Assembly: GCA_026770705.1 (NCBI GenBank)
Contig: JANJGN010000004.1
Span: 190,712,001 to 190,776,000, forward strand
Direction of reading: 5' to 3'
DNA length: 64,000 nucleotides
DNA from: Isurus oxyrinchus
Taxonomy: Eukaryota
A program made the translations under genes and the position numbers. Under the pieces are notes generated by a model, which made no database searches, was not told the origin of the DNA, and saw only the letters and a program-made list of their open reading frames with translations. Shown one piece after another: positions 47,075 through 61,700 of this stretch (the first letter of the stretch is position 1; every line of letters starts with the position of its first letter).

Positions 47075-49710
47075 GTGCTACAATGAGGAATGATATAGGC
47101 ACTGGAGAGCAAGACGTAGAGTCAGTCTGGCTAGGAATAAGAAATAGCAAAGGAAAGAAGTCCCTGGTGGAAGCAATCTATAGGTCCCCAAACAGTAGAT
47201 CAGCAGTAGGGCACAGTATAAACCAGGAAATACTGGGAGCATGTAAGAAAGGCATGGCAATAATCATGGGTAATCTTAATATGCATATAGACTGGACTAA
47301 TCAAATTAGTAAAGGTATACTCGAGGGAGCGTTCATAGAGTGTATTAGAGATTGTTTCTTGGAGCAATATGTTGTGGAACCAACCAGGGAGCAAGCTATT
47401 CTGGATTTGGTTTTGTGTGATGAGATGGGATTAAGTAATGATCTCATAGTAAAGGATCCTCTAGGGAAGAGTGATCATAACGTGCTAGAATTTCAAGTTC
47501 AGTTTGAGAGTGAGAAACTTGAGTCCCACACTAGTGTTCTGGAGTTAAACAAAGATAACTACATAGGCATGAGGGCAGATTTGGCCCTAGTGGACTGGGC
47601 AGGAAGACTACAAGGTAGGACAGTTGATGAACAATGGCAGATATTTAAAGAGAGATTCAATTCCTCCCAAGTAAAATATATTCCAAATAGGAAGAAAGAT
47701 GGTGAGAGGGGGAAAAGCATCCATGGCTAAGCAAGGAAGTTAAAGATAACCTAAAGGCAAAAACGAAGGCATGTCAAATTGCAAAGATCAGTGGCAGGCT
47801 GGAAAACTTTTAAAGATCAACAAAGGGTTACTAAAAAAATAATAAAAAGAGCAAAAGTAAATTATGAAAGAAAACTAGCGCAAAATGCAAAAACTGATAG
47901 CAAAAGCTTCTACAAGTATATAAAAGGACAGAGAGCAGCTAAAGTGAATGTTGGTCCCTTGGAGATGAGACTGGGGAATTAATAATGGGGAACGCAAAAA
48001 TGGCAGAGACGCTTAATCAATATTTTGCCTCAGTTTTCACGATGGAGGACACTAGTACCACCCCAATAGTAACAGGTAGTGCAGAGGGTATAGAGAAGGA
48101 AGAACTTAGAACAATCACCATCACTAGAGAAAAAGTACTGAGCAAACTATTGGGATTAAAGGATGACAAGTCCCCAGGACCTGATAGCCTACATTGCAGG
48201 GTCTTAAAGGAAGTGGTAGCGGAGATAGTGGATGCATTGGTTATAATATTTCAAAATTCCCTGGATCTGGAAAGGTTCCAATGGATTGGAAAAATGTTAA
48301 TATAACACTCTTATTCAAAAAGGTGGGGAGGCAGAAAGTAGGAAACTATAGATCAGTTAGTTTAACGTCTGTCATTGGGAAATTGTTGGAACCCATTATT
48401 AAGGACGTAGTAATGGGGCATTTGGAAAGTCAAAGTGCAATCCATCAGAGTCAGCATGGTTTTATGGAGAGTAAATCGTGTTTGACTAATTTGCTAGAGT
48501 TCTTTGAAGATGTGACAAGCAAAGTGGATAATGTAGATGTAGTATATCTAGACTTCCAGAAGGCTTTTGATAGGATGTCGCACAAAAGATTAATACACAA
48601 GATCACACGTAGTTAGGGATAATGTATTAGCTTGGATAGAGGATTGGCTAACCACTGAAAGCAGAGAGTTGGGATAAATGGGTCTTTTTCTGGATGGCAA
48701 CCTGTAATTAGTGGGGTGCCACAGGGTTCAGTCCTTGGGCCCCAACTATTTACAATCTATATTAATGACTTGGATTCAAAGATAGAATAGCTAAATTTGC
48801 AGGTGACACCAAAATAGGTGGGAAAGTAAGTTTCAACGAAGAAATAAGAAATTTACAAATGGATATGGACAGGGTGGGTGAATGGGCCAAAATTTGGCAG
48901 ATGGAGTTTAACGTGGATAAGTGTGAGGTTATCCATTTTGGTTGGAAAATAAAAAGACAACTTATTATTTAAATGGAGAGAAACTTCAGAATGCTTCAGT
49001 GCAGAGGGATCTGGGTGTCCTCATGCATGAATCGCTGAAAGCTAGTATGCAGATACAGCAGGTAGTAAGGAAGGCAAATAGAATTTTGGCATTTATTGCT
49101 AAATGAATACAGTATAAAAATAGGGAAGTGTTCAAAGCATTGGTGAGACCGCACCTGGAGTACTGTGCACAGTTTTGGTCTCCTTACTTGAGGAAGGATG
49201 TAGTTGCATTGGAGGCGGTTCAGAGGAGGTTCACTAGATTGATTCCAGAGATGTGGGGCTTGTCTTATGAGGAGAGATTGAGCAGTTTAGGCCTATACTC
49301 GCTAGAGTTTAGAAGGATGAGAGGAGATCTAATTGAGGTATATAAGATGCTAAAGGGGATAGACAAAGTAGACGTGGAGCAGATGTTTCCCCTTGTGGGG
49401 CATTGTAGAATGAGACGCCATAGTTTTAGGCTAAGGGGTGGTAGATTTAAATCAGAGATGAGGAGGAATTACTTTTCTCAAAGGGTCGTGAATCTGTGGA
49501 ATTCATACCTCAGAGTGCGGTGGATGTCGGGACGCTGAATAAATTTAAGGAGATAGACAGATTGTTAATTAGTAATGGGTTGAAAGATTAAGGGGAGAGG
49601 GTGGGAAATTGGAGCTGAGGCCGAAATGAGATCAGCCATGATCGTAATGAATGGCGGGGCAGGCTCGAGAGGCTGAATTGCCTACTCCTGCTCCTAGTTC
49701 TTCTGTTCTT
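47075..49710 (+). mobile_element. CR1 LINE ORF2 (APE-RT), degenerate
   Basis: ESVWLGIRNSKGK..LGKSDHN..KSPGPD..QHGF..SCLTNLLEFFE..YLDFQKAFD..LEYCAQFWSPYLRKD. Confidence 0.93.
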
Positions 49711-50189
49711 ATCAGGACACTCGCAATAACACCAATAAAAAGGGAAGACAAAAATTTCTACTGTGTGAGGAAAGTGCTGATTGGTTGACAAGTGGCATTG
49801 CCAGAGAGAGTGCATCGCTGATGTTGACTGACAATTAAGTGCTAAGCATTGTTTAAAATTTAGACCAGGCAGCTTGATCCTGATTGGTCAAGGCATTTCC
49901 CTGAGGAATGAGTCAGTCAATGGCTGTCACTTATTTTGTTTAGCTGAAAAGGGCGCAGTGTGTGTACATGTTCTTTCTGTCTGCAAAGAACAGGGCCTTG
50001 TGTATTAACATATATTGCTTCCAGTACACACAAATATACCACACTGCAAGCCCAGCTGATAATCTTAAATTGGTTGTCAGTGTTGAGGATTATTCAGCAA
50101 ATGCTGTCCAATTGCAGAATCACTTCTAATGTTGGATACTGTTTTGAGTTTTGCAAGCACAGGCTGGTTGGGTATGGACCGTATTATAT

Positions 50190-51610
50190 ATTAAGAATAT
50201 CTGAAGGAGGTGCAGGAACAGAGGGACCTCAGTGTATACATACATAGGCCATTGATGATGGCAGGGCATGTTGAGTTAATAAAGCCTATAGTATCTTAGG
50301 TTTTATTAATAGGGGCATTGAGTACAAGCATAAGGAGGTCATGTTGAACTTGTATAAGACATTAGTTAGATCTCACCTGGAGTACTGCATCCAGTTCTGG
50401 GCACCATACTTGAGGAAGAATGTGAAGGCTTTGATGAGAGTACAGAGGAGATTTCTTTTAAATTATTCATTCAGGAGATGTGGGCTTTGCTGGCTAGGCC
50501 AGCATTTATTGCCCATCCCTAGTTGCCCTTAAGAAGGTGGTGGTGAGCTGCCTTCTTGAACCGCTGCAGTTCATGTGGTCTAGGTACACCCATCATGCTG
50601 TTGGGAAGGGATTTCCAGGATTTTGATCCAGTGGCAGTGAAGGAATGGTGATACATTTCCATGTCAGGATGGTGAGTGACTTGGAGGGGAACTTCCAGGT
50701 GGTGGTGTTCCCATTCATCTGCTGCCCTTGTCCTTCTAGATGGTAGTGGTCATGGGTTTGGAAAATGATGTCTAAGGAGCCTTGGTGAATTCCTGCAGTG
50801 CATCTTGTAGACGGTACACACTGCTGCTACTGTATATCATTGGTGGTGGGAGTGAATGCTTGTGGATCTGGTGCCAATCAAGCGGGCTGCTTTATCCTGG
50901 ACAGTGTCAAGCTTCTTGTGTTGTGGGAGCTGCACTCATCCAGGCAAGTGGGGAGTATTCCATCACACTCCTGACTTCTGCCTTGTAGGTGGTGGACAGG
51001 CTTAGAGAGTCAGGATGGGAGTTACGCATCACAGGATGCATAGCCTCTGACCTGCTCATGTAGCCACAGTATTTTATATGGCTAATCCAGTTAGTTTCTG
51101 GTCAATGGTAATTCCCAGGATGTTGATCATGGGGATTTCAGTGATGGTAATGCCATTGAACATCAAGGAGCAATAATTAAATTCTCCCTTGTTGGAGATG
51201 GTCATTGCCTGGCCCTTGTTACTTTCCACTTCTCAGCCCAAGTCCGGATACTGTCCAGGTCTTGCTGCATTTGGACATGGAGGGTAAATAGTGAGAAACT
51301 GTTCCCACTCAAGAGAACATCAAGAACTAGAGGGCAGAGTTTCAAAATAATTTAGAAAAGGAGTAAACATGATATGAGTAAAATTTATTTCACCCAAAGG
51401 GTGGTGGAGTCTGGAACAAACTTCCTGAAGGGGTGATGGAGGCAGGTTCGATCGAGGTATTCAAAAGGGAATTGGATTGCTACCTGAAAAGAGAGAATGT
51501 GCAAGGTTACAGAGATAAGGCAAGGGAGTGGGACTAGGTGGAATGGTCTTTCAAAGAGCCAGTGCAGACTTGATGGGCTCAATGGTCTCCTTCTGCACTG
51601 TAAAGATACC
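50190..51610. mobile_element. CR1 3' fragment (+) interrupted by an opposite-strand LINE fragment (~50455-51280)
   Basis: LYKTLVRSHLEYCIQFWAPYLRK up to 50455, resuming with the CR1 tail at 51280. Confidence 0.8.
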
Positions 51611-51619
51611 CTGATACTG

Positions 51620-52260
51620 TGAAGATGGTGATGCCTGAGGAGGCAGTCTTCAGAGAAGATGAGGCGAGATGGACATGTGAGGCTATGTGTGTGAGAATGG
51701 GTGGTGATGTCCCTTGAGCTGGCAGTGAGTGAGATGCCAGTGAATGTGTGATGGGCTTGAGTGTGTGAGTTGAGAGTGCTGAGATGGTTGTCTTACCCTG
51801 GCTGCATGGATGAGATCATTCATCCTCTAAATGCATTGGATGGCCAACCTCTTCTGTGCAGCATTGTTACACTGATCACCAATACAGCTTGGCAGGCAGT
51901 GGCAGTGGTGATATAGCTACCCCTCCTGCAGCCAGAGCAGGGGTAGAGGATATCACAACGGACCGCCACTGTGTCCAAAGGGTGCTCAAGGGCTGCTGTC
52001 TTCTTGCCTTTCAGGGCCATGTCTTTGCTGCAGTCCTGGGCAGGAAGCACTGAGCGCGGCTGCGCTTTAAATGTGGTGTCTGGCATGATGAAGTGGCGAG
52101 GTCACAGCGTGGCAGGCGAATCGGAGTCCACCCGTCATGGAAACAGCATGTTTCCCGGGAATGCAGGTTTGGAACGATATGGCATGAAAACCTGCTATTG
52201 TGGCCGGCAAGTAACATCGTTTTACCCACCCACTTTGTGCAACTCTGGGACGGTTCCACC
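51620..52260 (-). mobile_element. Harbinger Myb/SANT gene exon 1 fragment (52020-51797)
   Basis: MALKGKKTAA..MNDLIHAAR|GTAAG, with the same intron position as in the other Harbingers. Confidence 0.75.
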
Positions 52261-52744
52261 CTCTGTGACTCTGTTCAGTAGCCAACCTTCCATGTTTCTA
52301 AACAAAAAATAAAAGTTAGGATCTATCACACCAGGTTCTACCCAGATCTGACTTGTCCAGTAGTAACATCAGCTGGGATCGTAACAGGAGCATACTTGAA
52401 AGAAGCTGGTGACTTTGATGCTATGGTTTCCACAGCTCTCCACACTGGGGCCTTTCCTTGTTTCCTGTCTGGATCTGTTGTAGACTAATAGATTAAGATT
52501 AATTGTTATGATTAATCAACAATTCCATTATCGTTGTATTATTGTGATTTTGAATCTTGGTCCAGAAACTTTATCCTTTGAATCATTTCCTTCAGCTTTT
52601 GAACATCTTCCCTAGTAGTAATAACTGACTCTCTCGCAGGTAATTGAGAACAGATCACATGGTTGAATGTACAGACCTTGTGACTGTATCCCAGGATCTC
52701 TTCTGACTGCCAGTTTCTCCATCTCTATTGCTCTGACGATACTA

Positions 52745-54522
52745 CAAAGAACAAAGTACAGCACGGGAACAGGCCCTTCAGCCCTCCAAGCCTGCGCCGT
52801 TCATATTGCCTGTCAACTAAAACATTTTGCACTGCTGGGGTCCGTATCCCTCTATTCCCATCCTATTCATGTATTTGTCAAGCTGCCTCTTAAACACCAC
52901 TATCGTACCTGCTTCCACCACCTCCTCTGGCAGCGAATTCCAGACACTCACTACCCTCTGCGTAAAAAACTTGCCCTGCACATCTCCTCAATAGTTTTCT
53001 CCTCTCACCTTAAATCTATGTCCCCTAGTAATTGACTCTTCCACTCTGGGAAAAAGCTTCTGACTATCTACTCTGTCCATGCCACTCATAATTTTGTAAA
53101 CTTCTATCAAGTCGCCCCTCAATCACCGTCGCTCTAGTGAGAACAATCTGAGTTTCTCCAACTTCTCCTCATAGCTAATAACCTGCAGACCAGGCAGCAT
53201 CCTGGTAAACCTCCTCTGCACTCTCTCCAATGCCTCCATAACCTTCTTGTAATGTGGTGACCAGAATTGCACGCAATATTCCAAGTATGGCCTAACCAAG
53301 GTTCTATACAGCTGCAGCATGACTTCCCAGCTTTTATACTCAATACCCTTGCCAATGAAGGCAAGCATAACATATGCCTTCCTCACTACCTTATCCACCT
53401 GTGTTGCCACTTTCAGTGACCTGTGGACCTGTACACCCAGATCCCTCTGCCCGTCAATGCACTTAAGGGTTCTGCCCTTTACATTATTATTCCTGTCTGT
53501 ATTAGACCTTCCAAAATGCATTACCTCGCATTTGTCCGGATTAAACTCCATCTGCCATTTCTCAACCCAAGTCTCCAACCGATCTATATCCCGTTGTATC
53601 CTTTGACAATCCTCTTCACTATCTGCAATTCCTCCAACTTACTAATTAGCCCAGATACATTTTCCTCCAAATCATTTATACTACAAACAGCAAAGGTCCC
53701 AGCACTGATCCCTGTGGAACTTTAGTCACAGCTCTCCATTCAGAAAAGTACCCTTACACTGCTACCCTCTGTCTTTTATCACAAAGCCAATTCTGTATCC
53801 ATCTTGCCAGCTCACCTCTGATCCCGTGTGACTTTACCTTCTGTACCAGTCTGCCATGAGGGACCTTGTCAAAGGCCTTACTGAAATCCATGTAGATAAC
53901 ATCCACTGCCCTTCCATCATCGATCATCTTTGTCACTTCTTTGAAAAACTCGATCAAGTTAGTGAGACACAACCTCCTCTACACAAAACCATGCTGCCTC
54001 TCACTAATACACCCATTTGCTTCCAAATGGGAGTAAATCCTATCACGAAGAATCTTCTCCAATAATTTCCCTACCACTGACGTAAGGCTCACCTCCTGTA
54101 ATTTCCTGGATTATCCCTGCTTAAACAATGGAATAACATTGGCCATTCTCCAGTCCTCTGGGACCTCACCTGTAGCCAGTGAGGATACAAAAATTTCTGT
54201 CAAGGCCCCAGCAATCTCCTCCCTTGCCTCCCTCAGTACTCTGGGGTAGATCCCATCTGGCCCTGGGGACTTATCTACCTTAATATTCTTCAAGACGCCT
54301 AACACCTCCTCTTTTTTGATCTCAACATGATCCAGGCTATCTACACACTCTTCCCTAGACAAATCGACCGCTAAGTCCTTCTCTTTGGTGAATACTGATG
54401 AGAAGTATTCATTTAGTATCTCTCCCATTTCTTCTGACTCCACACACAGATTCCCACCTCTGTCCCTGAGTGGGCCTACTCTTTCCCTGGCTACCCTCTT
54501 GCTTTTTACATATGTATAAAAA
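52745..54522 (-). mobile_element. 5'-truncated CR1 LINE inserted after the duplication
   Basis: RT motifs (KSPGPDGIYPR, MDFSKAFDKVPH, WQMEFNPDKC). Splits a block that is contiguous in copy 1 at ~20730. Confidence 0.92.
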
Positions 54523-55709
54523 CATTCTACTTCCAGTTGTATTTCTTTATTCTAAACAGAAGACTTCCCTCCATAATGGTTGATGGGGCTCTCGATCATG
54601 CTCATCACATTTCTCATACTTCCACGCTCACCTCTTCCCCTCCCTCCCAAAACCATGATAGGGCTCCACCTTTGACCTCATCTTGTGTAATCCACGCACA
54701 ATATCACTTTGATTTTTTTCTTCACATGCAACAGATCACCCTCCAGCATAACTGCAACTTCCTTGAAACCATCAGCAAACACATCTTCTCCTCCACTTCC
54801 AGAATTTTGAAGGGACCATACTGTCCTCTATACATTGTTCCACTATGAAGTGCCATTAGCTGCACCTTGACCTTCCTCCAATATTGTCCCTGAGAGTGAG
54901 TGAATCTTCTGGGTGTTCCCAAGAACAATAACAAATGAGATTTAACCTAAACAAATGCAGTGTGCTGTGGGTAGGTATGGTAAACACAGGATACACTGAG
55001 CTGCTACAGTGAACAAAACTGAAAGGGAGGAAAATATCAAGGTGACATTGTGCACAGATCACTCAAGATTCAAAACCAATGCACAAAAGTCAAAGCAAAC
55101 AGGATATTGGGTTGTACTAATACAACGATTCAATATAAGTTAAACCACTTCCCAGTTTTTGCTAGTTTGAAAAATTCTCCTTACCTCTTACCTGCTGCTT
55201 CCTGTTTTATAGCCATCTTTCAATCTGTTCTGTACCTGACCCCCTAAACCCTGGGATATTTAATGGCTGAGCCGACACTGGGAAATGCCTCTACCTACTA
55301 GACCACAGGGAGAGTTCTAAACAGAAATACATAAATGTTCTCATTGTTGCAAATATCTAGTTCATGGCTGATGTTAATATTTTAGAGGTAATATCTGGTT
55401 CTGGGAAGATTACTGTTGTGAAGGTGAAATACTTAAAATGCTGGGCCTCAGTGATTGCGAGAACACCCAAAATAGGGGCAGGTCAACAGGTTACCCGTGT
55501 TTGTTTAATAAGAGCCCAAACAGAAGCTATAAAACAGCAGGTGGGCTGGATTTAGCTAGAAAAATAGTAAATGAGGGATAATTAGCTTCAAGATCAGTTT
55601 GAAGATAGGTCAGACTAGGCTACGTCATCATGGAGATTGGTGGAGCTTTGGAAGGCCTTCTGGTTTCAATTTTTCTGGGTCATTTTTGGGAGCCATTTTT
55701 GAGTGGCAG

Positions 55710-58700
55710 TGGGCCCAGAGGCTTAAAAGAGCGCAACAGGGGGGGGCAAGACTTCCAGTAGACCCAGAGGCTTAAAAGAGCACAAGGGCGGGGGTGAGAC
55801 TTCCAGTGGACCCAGAGACTTAATGAGCGCATGAGAGGGCAAGACTTCCATCAGGCCTGGAGGCTTAAAAGAGCAAGTGAGGAGGCAAATCAGAGAGCAG
55901 ACCTGGGGCTGCTGCTGGTGGGGTTTAGCCTGTGGACTGTTCACATTCGGAGAAAATCAAGTCAGACGTCACAGAGTAAGAGATTGGTGAGGTTTTTCCT
56001 CATTTTGATCATTTATCTTTCAATAGCTGGTACAAATTATTGGTAACTATAAGATTTTATTAATAGTAAAATTTTGTAGAAGCAATAGTAAAGCTTATCG
56101 GGGGTAGCAGGGTTTATTAATTAAAATGAATTAATGAAAACGGTGATAAATGAATAAACACAAAGATGGCAGGGTAGGTGATGTGTTGTGACTGCCGAAT
56201 GTGGGTATTGTAGACACCAGTGTGATCCTGGGCAAACGCGTCTGCAGTAAGTGCATGTGGCTTGAGGAGCTCCAGCTCAGAGTTACTGAACTGGAGGCTG
56301 AGCTGCAGACACTACGATGCATCAAGGAGGGGGAAAGTTACCTGGACACTTTGTACCAGAAGGCGTTTAACACCCCTTAGGATAGGCGGATCTTTAGAGT
56401 TGTTCCAGGTCAGGGACAGGAGGGTGTGACAGTGAGTCTGGCAGGTAAGTGATCCAGCAGGTAGTGATGGAGGAGCCTCAACCCATGACTTTGTCCAATA
56501 GGTACGAGTTGCTTGCTATCTGTGTGGATAAGGAGAAGGACTGCAAGATGGATGAGCAATCTGGCCATGTACCATGGTGAAGGATGCCATTCAAGTAGGG
56601 GGTGGTGGGAGCAAAGTGTAATGTGGTAATGATAGGGAACAGTATAGTCAGAAGAATAGATACTGTTCTCCGCAGCTGCAACTGGGAGCTCTGAAGGGTG
56701 TGTTGCCTGCCCAGTGCCATGGTTAAGGAGAACTCCTCGTGGTGGAGAGAAGCTAACTTTGAGTAGGAGGGGGAGAATCCAGCTGCCGTGGTCCATATGG
56801 GAACCAGTGACATAGCTAGAACCAGGACTGATGATCTGCTAAAAGAATTTGAGGAGTTAGGTTCCAAATTAAAATGCAGAACATCAATGGTAATAATTTC
56901 TGCATTGTTACCTGAGCCACACGCCAAGTGGCATTGGGTCAAGCAGATTAGAGAAATAAATGCGTGGCACAAAGAGTGGAGTGGGAACAATGAGTTTCGA
57001 TTCATAGGGCACTGGCATCAGTATTCAGGGAAGGATGAACTATTCTGTTGGGATGGGCTACAGTTGAACCAGGCTAGGACCAGTGTCCTGGTCAAGCGTA
57101 TAATTAGCACTATAGAGCACTGTGCTTTAATCTAACATGTTTCAGGGGGTGCAGTGGGTTGGTTGGGGGGGTTTGGTGATTGAATGAAGAGAGATTTAGA
57201 AATTCAAAGAGAAAGGTTTGAGGCATTGGAGGAGTATAGCAATGTGGGTAAAGTCAAGCAGAATGGGGCAGGAAGGGACAAAGAGTTTAACAAAAAATGT
57301 ACATCACTGAATAAGGTTAGTGCAGGGAACAGAAGTAAAAAATGAAGTTGAAAGTTCTCTTTCTGAAGGCATGAAACATCTGCAAAATATGGATGAACCT
57401 GTGGCACAAATCAGGGTAAATGATTTAGATTTATTGCCATTATTAAGATATGGTTACAAGATGATCAAGGTTGGGAAATAAATATTCAAGGGTACACAAC
57501 AATTCAGAAAGACAGACAAAACGGCAGAGGAGGAGGGGTACCTCTGATACTAAAGAATGACATAAGGACTTTAGAGAGAAGGGATCTGGCCTGAGAAAAT
57601 CATGAAGTAGAATCAGTATAGGTAGTAATTAGAAATAGCAAGAGTCAGCAAACACTGGTGGGAGTAGTTTATAGGCTTCCTAACAGTAGTTATACCATTG
57701 GACAGAGCACTAAACAAGAAATCATTAGAGCTTGTAACAAAGACAATGTAATAATTGTGAGCAATTTAATCTTTATATAGACTGGAATAATCAAATTGGC
57801 AAGAGTGGTCTTGAGGATGAGTTTGTGGAATGTTTTCGTGACAGTTTCTGTGACCAATACATTTTGGAACCAACTAACGATGAAGCAATCTTAGATCCAG
57901 TATTGTGTAATGAAGCAGAGTTAATCAGTAGAGTCACAGTAAAAGATCCAGTGGGAAATAGTGATCATAATACCATTGAATTCCAGGATAAATTTGAAAG
58001 TGACATTCTCCAATCATAAACAAGAATCTTGAACTTAAACAAAGCTAATTACATAGGTATGAGGGGAGAACTGGCTAAGGTAAATTGGGTAAAGGTATGG
58101 CTGTAAATAAACAGTGGGAAACAATCGAAGAAACAATTCAAAATGACCAAGAAAAATACGTTCTATTGAAAAATAAAAACTCAGCAAGAAAGACCCATCC
58201 ATGGCTCACTCAGAAAGTTAGGGTTAGTAATATATTGAAAGGGGAGGCTTATTGCAAAAGGCCTGGTAAAAATCTGGAAAAAATTCAGGCTTGGGCTGAT
58301 AAGTGGAAAGTAACATTTGTGCCACACAAGTGCCAGGCAATGATTATCTCCAACAAGAGAGAATCCAACCATCTCCCCATGACATTCAATGGCTTTACCA
58401 TCGCTGAATCCCCCATTACCTGGACCTGGAATCATGTCGCTGTTCCTTCATTTTCACTGGTCAAATCTTGGAACTCACTCCCAAACAGCACTGTGGGTGT
58501 ACCTAAACCACATGGGCTGCAGCGGTTGAAGAAGGCAGCTCACCATCACTTTCTCAAGGAATAAATGGGACTTTTGCAAGTTGGCAGGTAGCGAATGGTG
58601 GAATACTATAAGAGTAGTGCTGAGGCCTCAGTTATTTACAATCTACATTAATGTCTAAGATGAAGAGACAGAGTGTAGTGTATCTAAGTATGCTGATGAT

Positions 58701-59200
58701 ACAAAGCTAGGTGAAAAGGTAAGCTTGTGAGGAGGAGATAGAGGCTGCAAAGATATAGACAGGTAAAGTGAGATGGCAGATGGATTATAATCACCACATG
58801 GATTGCAGCAATTGAAGAAGGCGGCTCACCATCACTTTCTCAAGGGCTATTAGGGATGGGTTAGTTAGTGTGAAGTTATTCACCTTCATCAAAAGAACAG
58901 AAAGATGAGAAACTTGTAAGTGTTGATGTTAAGAGACTTGAATGGGCTTTTCAAGGAAAATTTAACATACAGGTAGAGCAAGCAATTAGGAAGACAAATT
59001 TCATGTTGGTCTTTATTACAAGGAGCACAGGAATAAAGGAGTATTGCTAGAGTTGTACAGGATTTTGGTGTAATGACATCTGGAGTAGAGTGTGCAGTTT
59101 TGGTCTCCAGATTTAAGAAAGGATATACTTGCATTGGAGGTACGACAGTGAAGGTTCACAAAGTTAATCCCTGGGATAAGGGCATTGTCCTCTGACTGGA
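55710..59200 (+). mobile_element. CR1 LINE with 5' tandem monomers, ORF1 (Zn-finger, coiled coil, SGNH esterase) and degenerate ORF2
   Basis: VMCCDCRMW..VCSKCMWLEELQLRVTELEAEL; VMIGNSIVRRID; VHMGTSD; DGLQLN; APE remnants. Confidence 0.85.
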
Positions 59201-61700
59201 AGAGAGCTACATTTTTCTTTTCTAATCTTTTTCTCTTCACATATTTATAGAAGCTTTTACAGTCAGATTTTATGTTCCTTCCTTACTTTCATACCCCATT
59301 TTCCCCTTCTTGATCAATCTTTTCATCTACTTTTGCTGAATTCTAAACCGCTCCCAATCCTCAGGCTTGCTGCTTTTTCTGGCAATTTTATATGTCTCCT
59401 CTCTGGATCTAATGCTATCCCTAATTTCTTTCGTAAGCCATGGTTGAGCCACCTTTCCTGTCTTACTTTTGCGCCAGACAGGAATGAATAATTGTTATAG
59501 TTCAATACGTTCCTTAAATATTAGCCATTGCCAATCCACTGTCAACCCTTTTTAGTAAGGTTCCCCAATCCATCATTGCCAACTCACACCTCATACCCTC
59601 GTAGTTCCCTTTATTTAGATTCAGACTTCTTCACTCTCCATCTTAATGAACAATTCTATCCTTTTATGGTTACTCTTCCACAAGGGACCCCACACAACAA
59701 GATTGTTAATTAATCCTTTCTCGTTGCACAATGCCCAGTCTAGGATAGCCTGCTCTTTAGTTGGTTCCTCAACATATTGGTCTAAAAAACCATCACGTAC
59801 ACACTCCAGGAAATCCTCCTCCACAGTATTATCGTTGGTTTGGTTTGTCCAAACTATATGTAGATTAAAATCACCCATGATTACAGTTGTACCCTTATTA
59901 CACGTGTCTCTAATTTCCTGCTAAATGTCTTCCCTTACATCTCAATTACTGTTTGGGGGCCTATAGACAACCCCCACAAACATTTTCTGTCCCTTGGTGT
60001 TTCTTATCTGCATCCAAACAGATTCCACATCATGATTTTCTGAGCCAATATCCTTCCTCACTACTGCATTGATTTCCTCCTTTACTAACAATGCTACCCC
60101 ACCTCCTTTCCCTATGTGTCTGTCCTTCCCAAATACTGAATACCCCTGGATGTTCAGTTCCCATCCTTGGTCACCCAGCAGCCTTGTCTCTGCAATTACA
60201 ACTATATCATAACCGTTTATACCTATTTGCGCTGTTAATTCATCTACATTATTGTGAATGCTCCGCGCATTAAGATACAATGTCTTTTTAACCTTGTTAG
60301 TCATCTTAGCTTTATTTTGCACTATGACCCCATTTGTTTTTTGCCCTTGTTTTTTCTGCCTTCCGCTTTTGCTTCTTACTTTTTTTGTTTCTATCCTTGT
60401 TTCCCTGTCCTCTGTCTCCCTGCTCAGGTTCCCATTCCCATGCTGTTCTAGTTTAACCCTCCGTGACTGCACGAGCAAACACCCCCCCGAGGACATTTGT
60501 CCCGGTCCTGCCCAGATGAACCCCTCCTGTTGTGCTGGTCCCATCCCAGAACCGGTCCCAATGTCCCAGGAATCTGAATCCCTCCCCCTGCACCATTTCT
60601 TCAACCACGTATTCATATTATATATCCTGTTTTTCCTACTCCCGCTACTTTTTAATTTATGTCCTAATTCCCTATATTCAACTTGTAGGACGGCTTCTCT
60701 TTTTTTTAACCTATGTACCAACTGGCTGTTCAGCTTCCCCCTTCAGAATGCTTTGCAGCCTCTCCGAGGCATCCTTGACCCTGGCATCAGGGAGGCAACA
60801 CACCATCCTGGAGTCTCTTTTGCGACCGCAGAAACACCTGTCTTTTCCCCTTACTATAGCCCTGTCACTCTTCTTCGTCCCTGCTTGTACAGCAGAGCCA
60901 CCCGTGGTGCCATGAACTTGGCTCCTGATGCTTCCCCTTGAGAAGTCGTCTCCCTCAACAGTATCTAAAATGGTATAGCTGTTAGAGAAGGGGAGGGCTA
61001 CAGGGAAATCCTGTAGTAGCTGCCTTCCTCTACTCTGCCTGGTGGTCACCTATCCCCTTCTGCCTGTTCAGTCTTTACCTGCAGTGTGACCACCTCACTG
61101 AACGTGTTGACCATGATAACCTCGGCATCGCGGATGCTTCACAGTGAATTTACCTGCAGCTCTAGCTCCGAAATGCGGTTAGCCAGTAGCTGCAGCTGAA
61201 TACACTTCCTGCGTACATGGTCGCCAGGGACACTGGAAGTGTCCATGATTTCCCACATAGCGCAGGAGGAGCATATCACGGGTGTGAGCTCTGTTGCCAT
61301 GACTTCCCTTTAGATTAAGCTCATTAGTTACTCCCTTTAAAGAATATTAATTACGCTAGGGGCCTTATTCCACTACAATCCAAAGTCCTTGCCTTATTTT
61401 GTTTAAGCTAATGGACTGCAGCAGTTTAATTAGTGGAAAAAGTAAAAGTGCTCACCTGGCCCGACTTACCAATCAGCTGCCTCCCCTGCGTTGCGTCACT
61501 TTTTGTATTGTGATGTCCTCGCACTGCTTTCAGCCCCGAATCCAGCTCCCGCTGTTTTTAAATCTCCACTCTGACTCTCAGCTCCCACTCTATTAAATCT
61601 CTGCTCTTTCAGCTCCTGCTCTTTTTAAATCTTCGCTCTGACTCAGCTCCCATTCCTTTTAAATCTTACCAAGGCCACCGCTCCTCTTGCACTGCCACTA
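59200..61700 (-). mobile_element. CR1 LINE 5' half (UTR monomers, ORF1, APE)
   Basis: LYLNARSIHN..IAETRL..GGGVALLVKE..VGVVYRPPN..MGDFNLH; RMVCCLPDARVKD. Confidence 0.88.
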
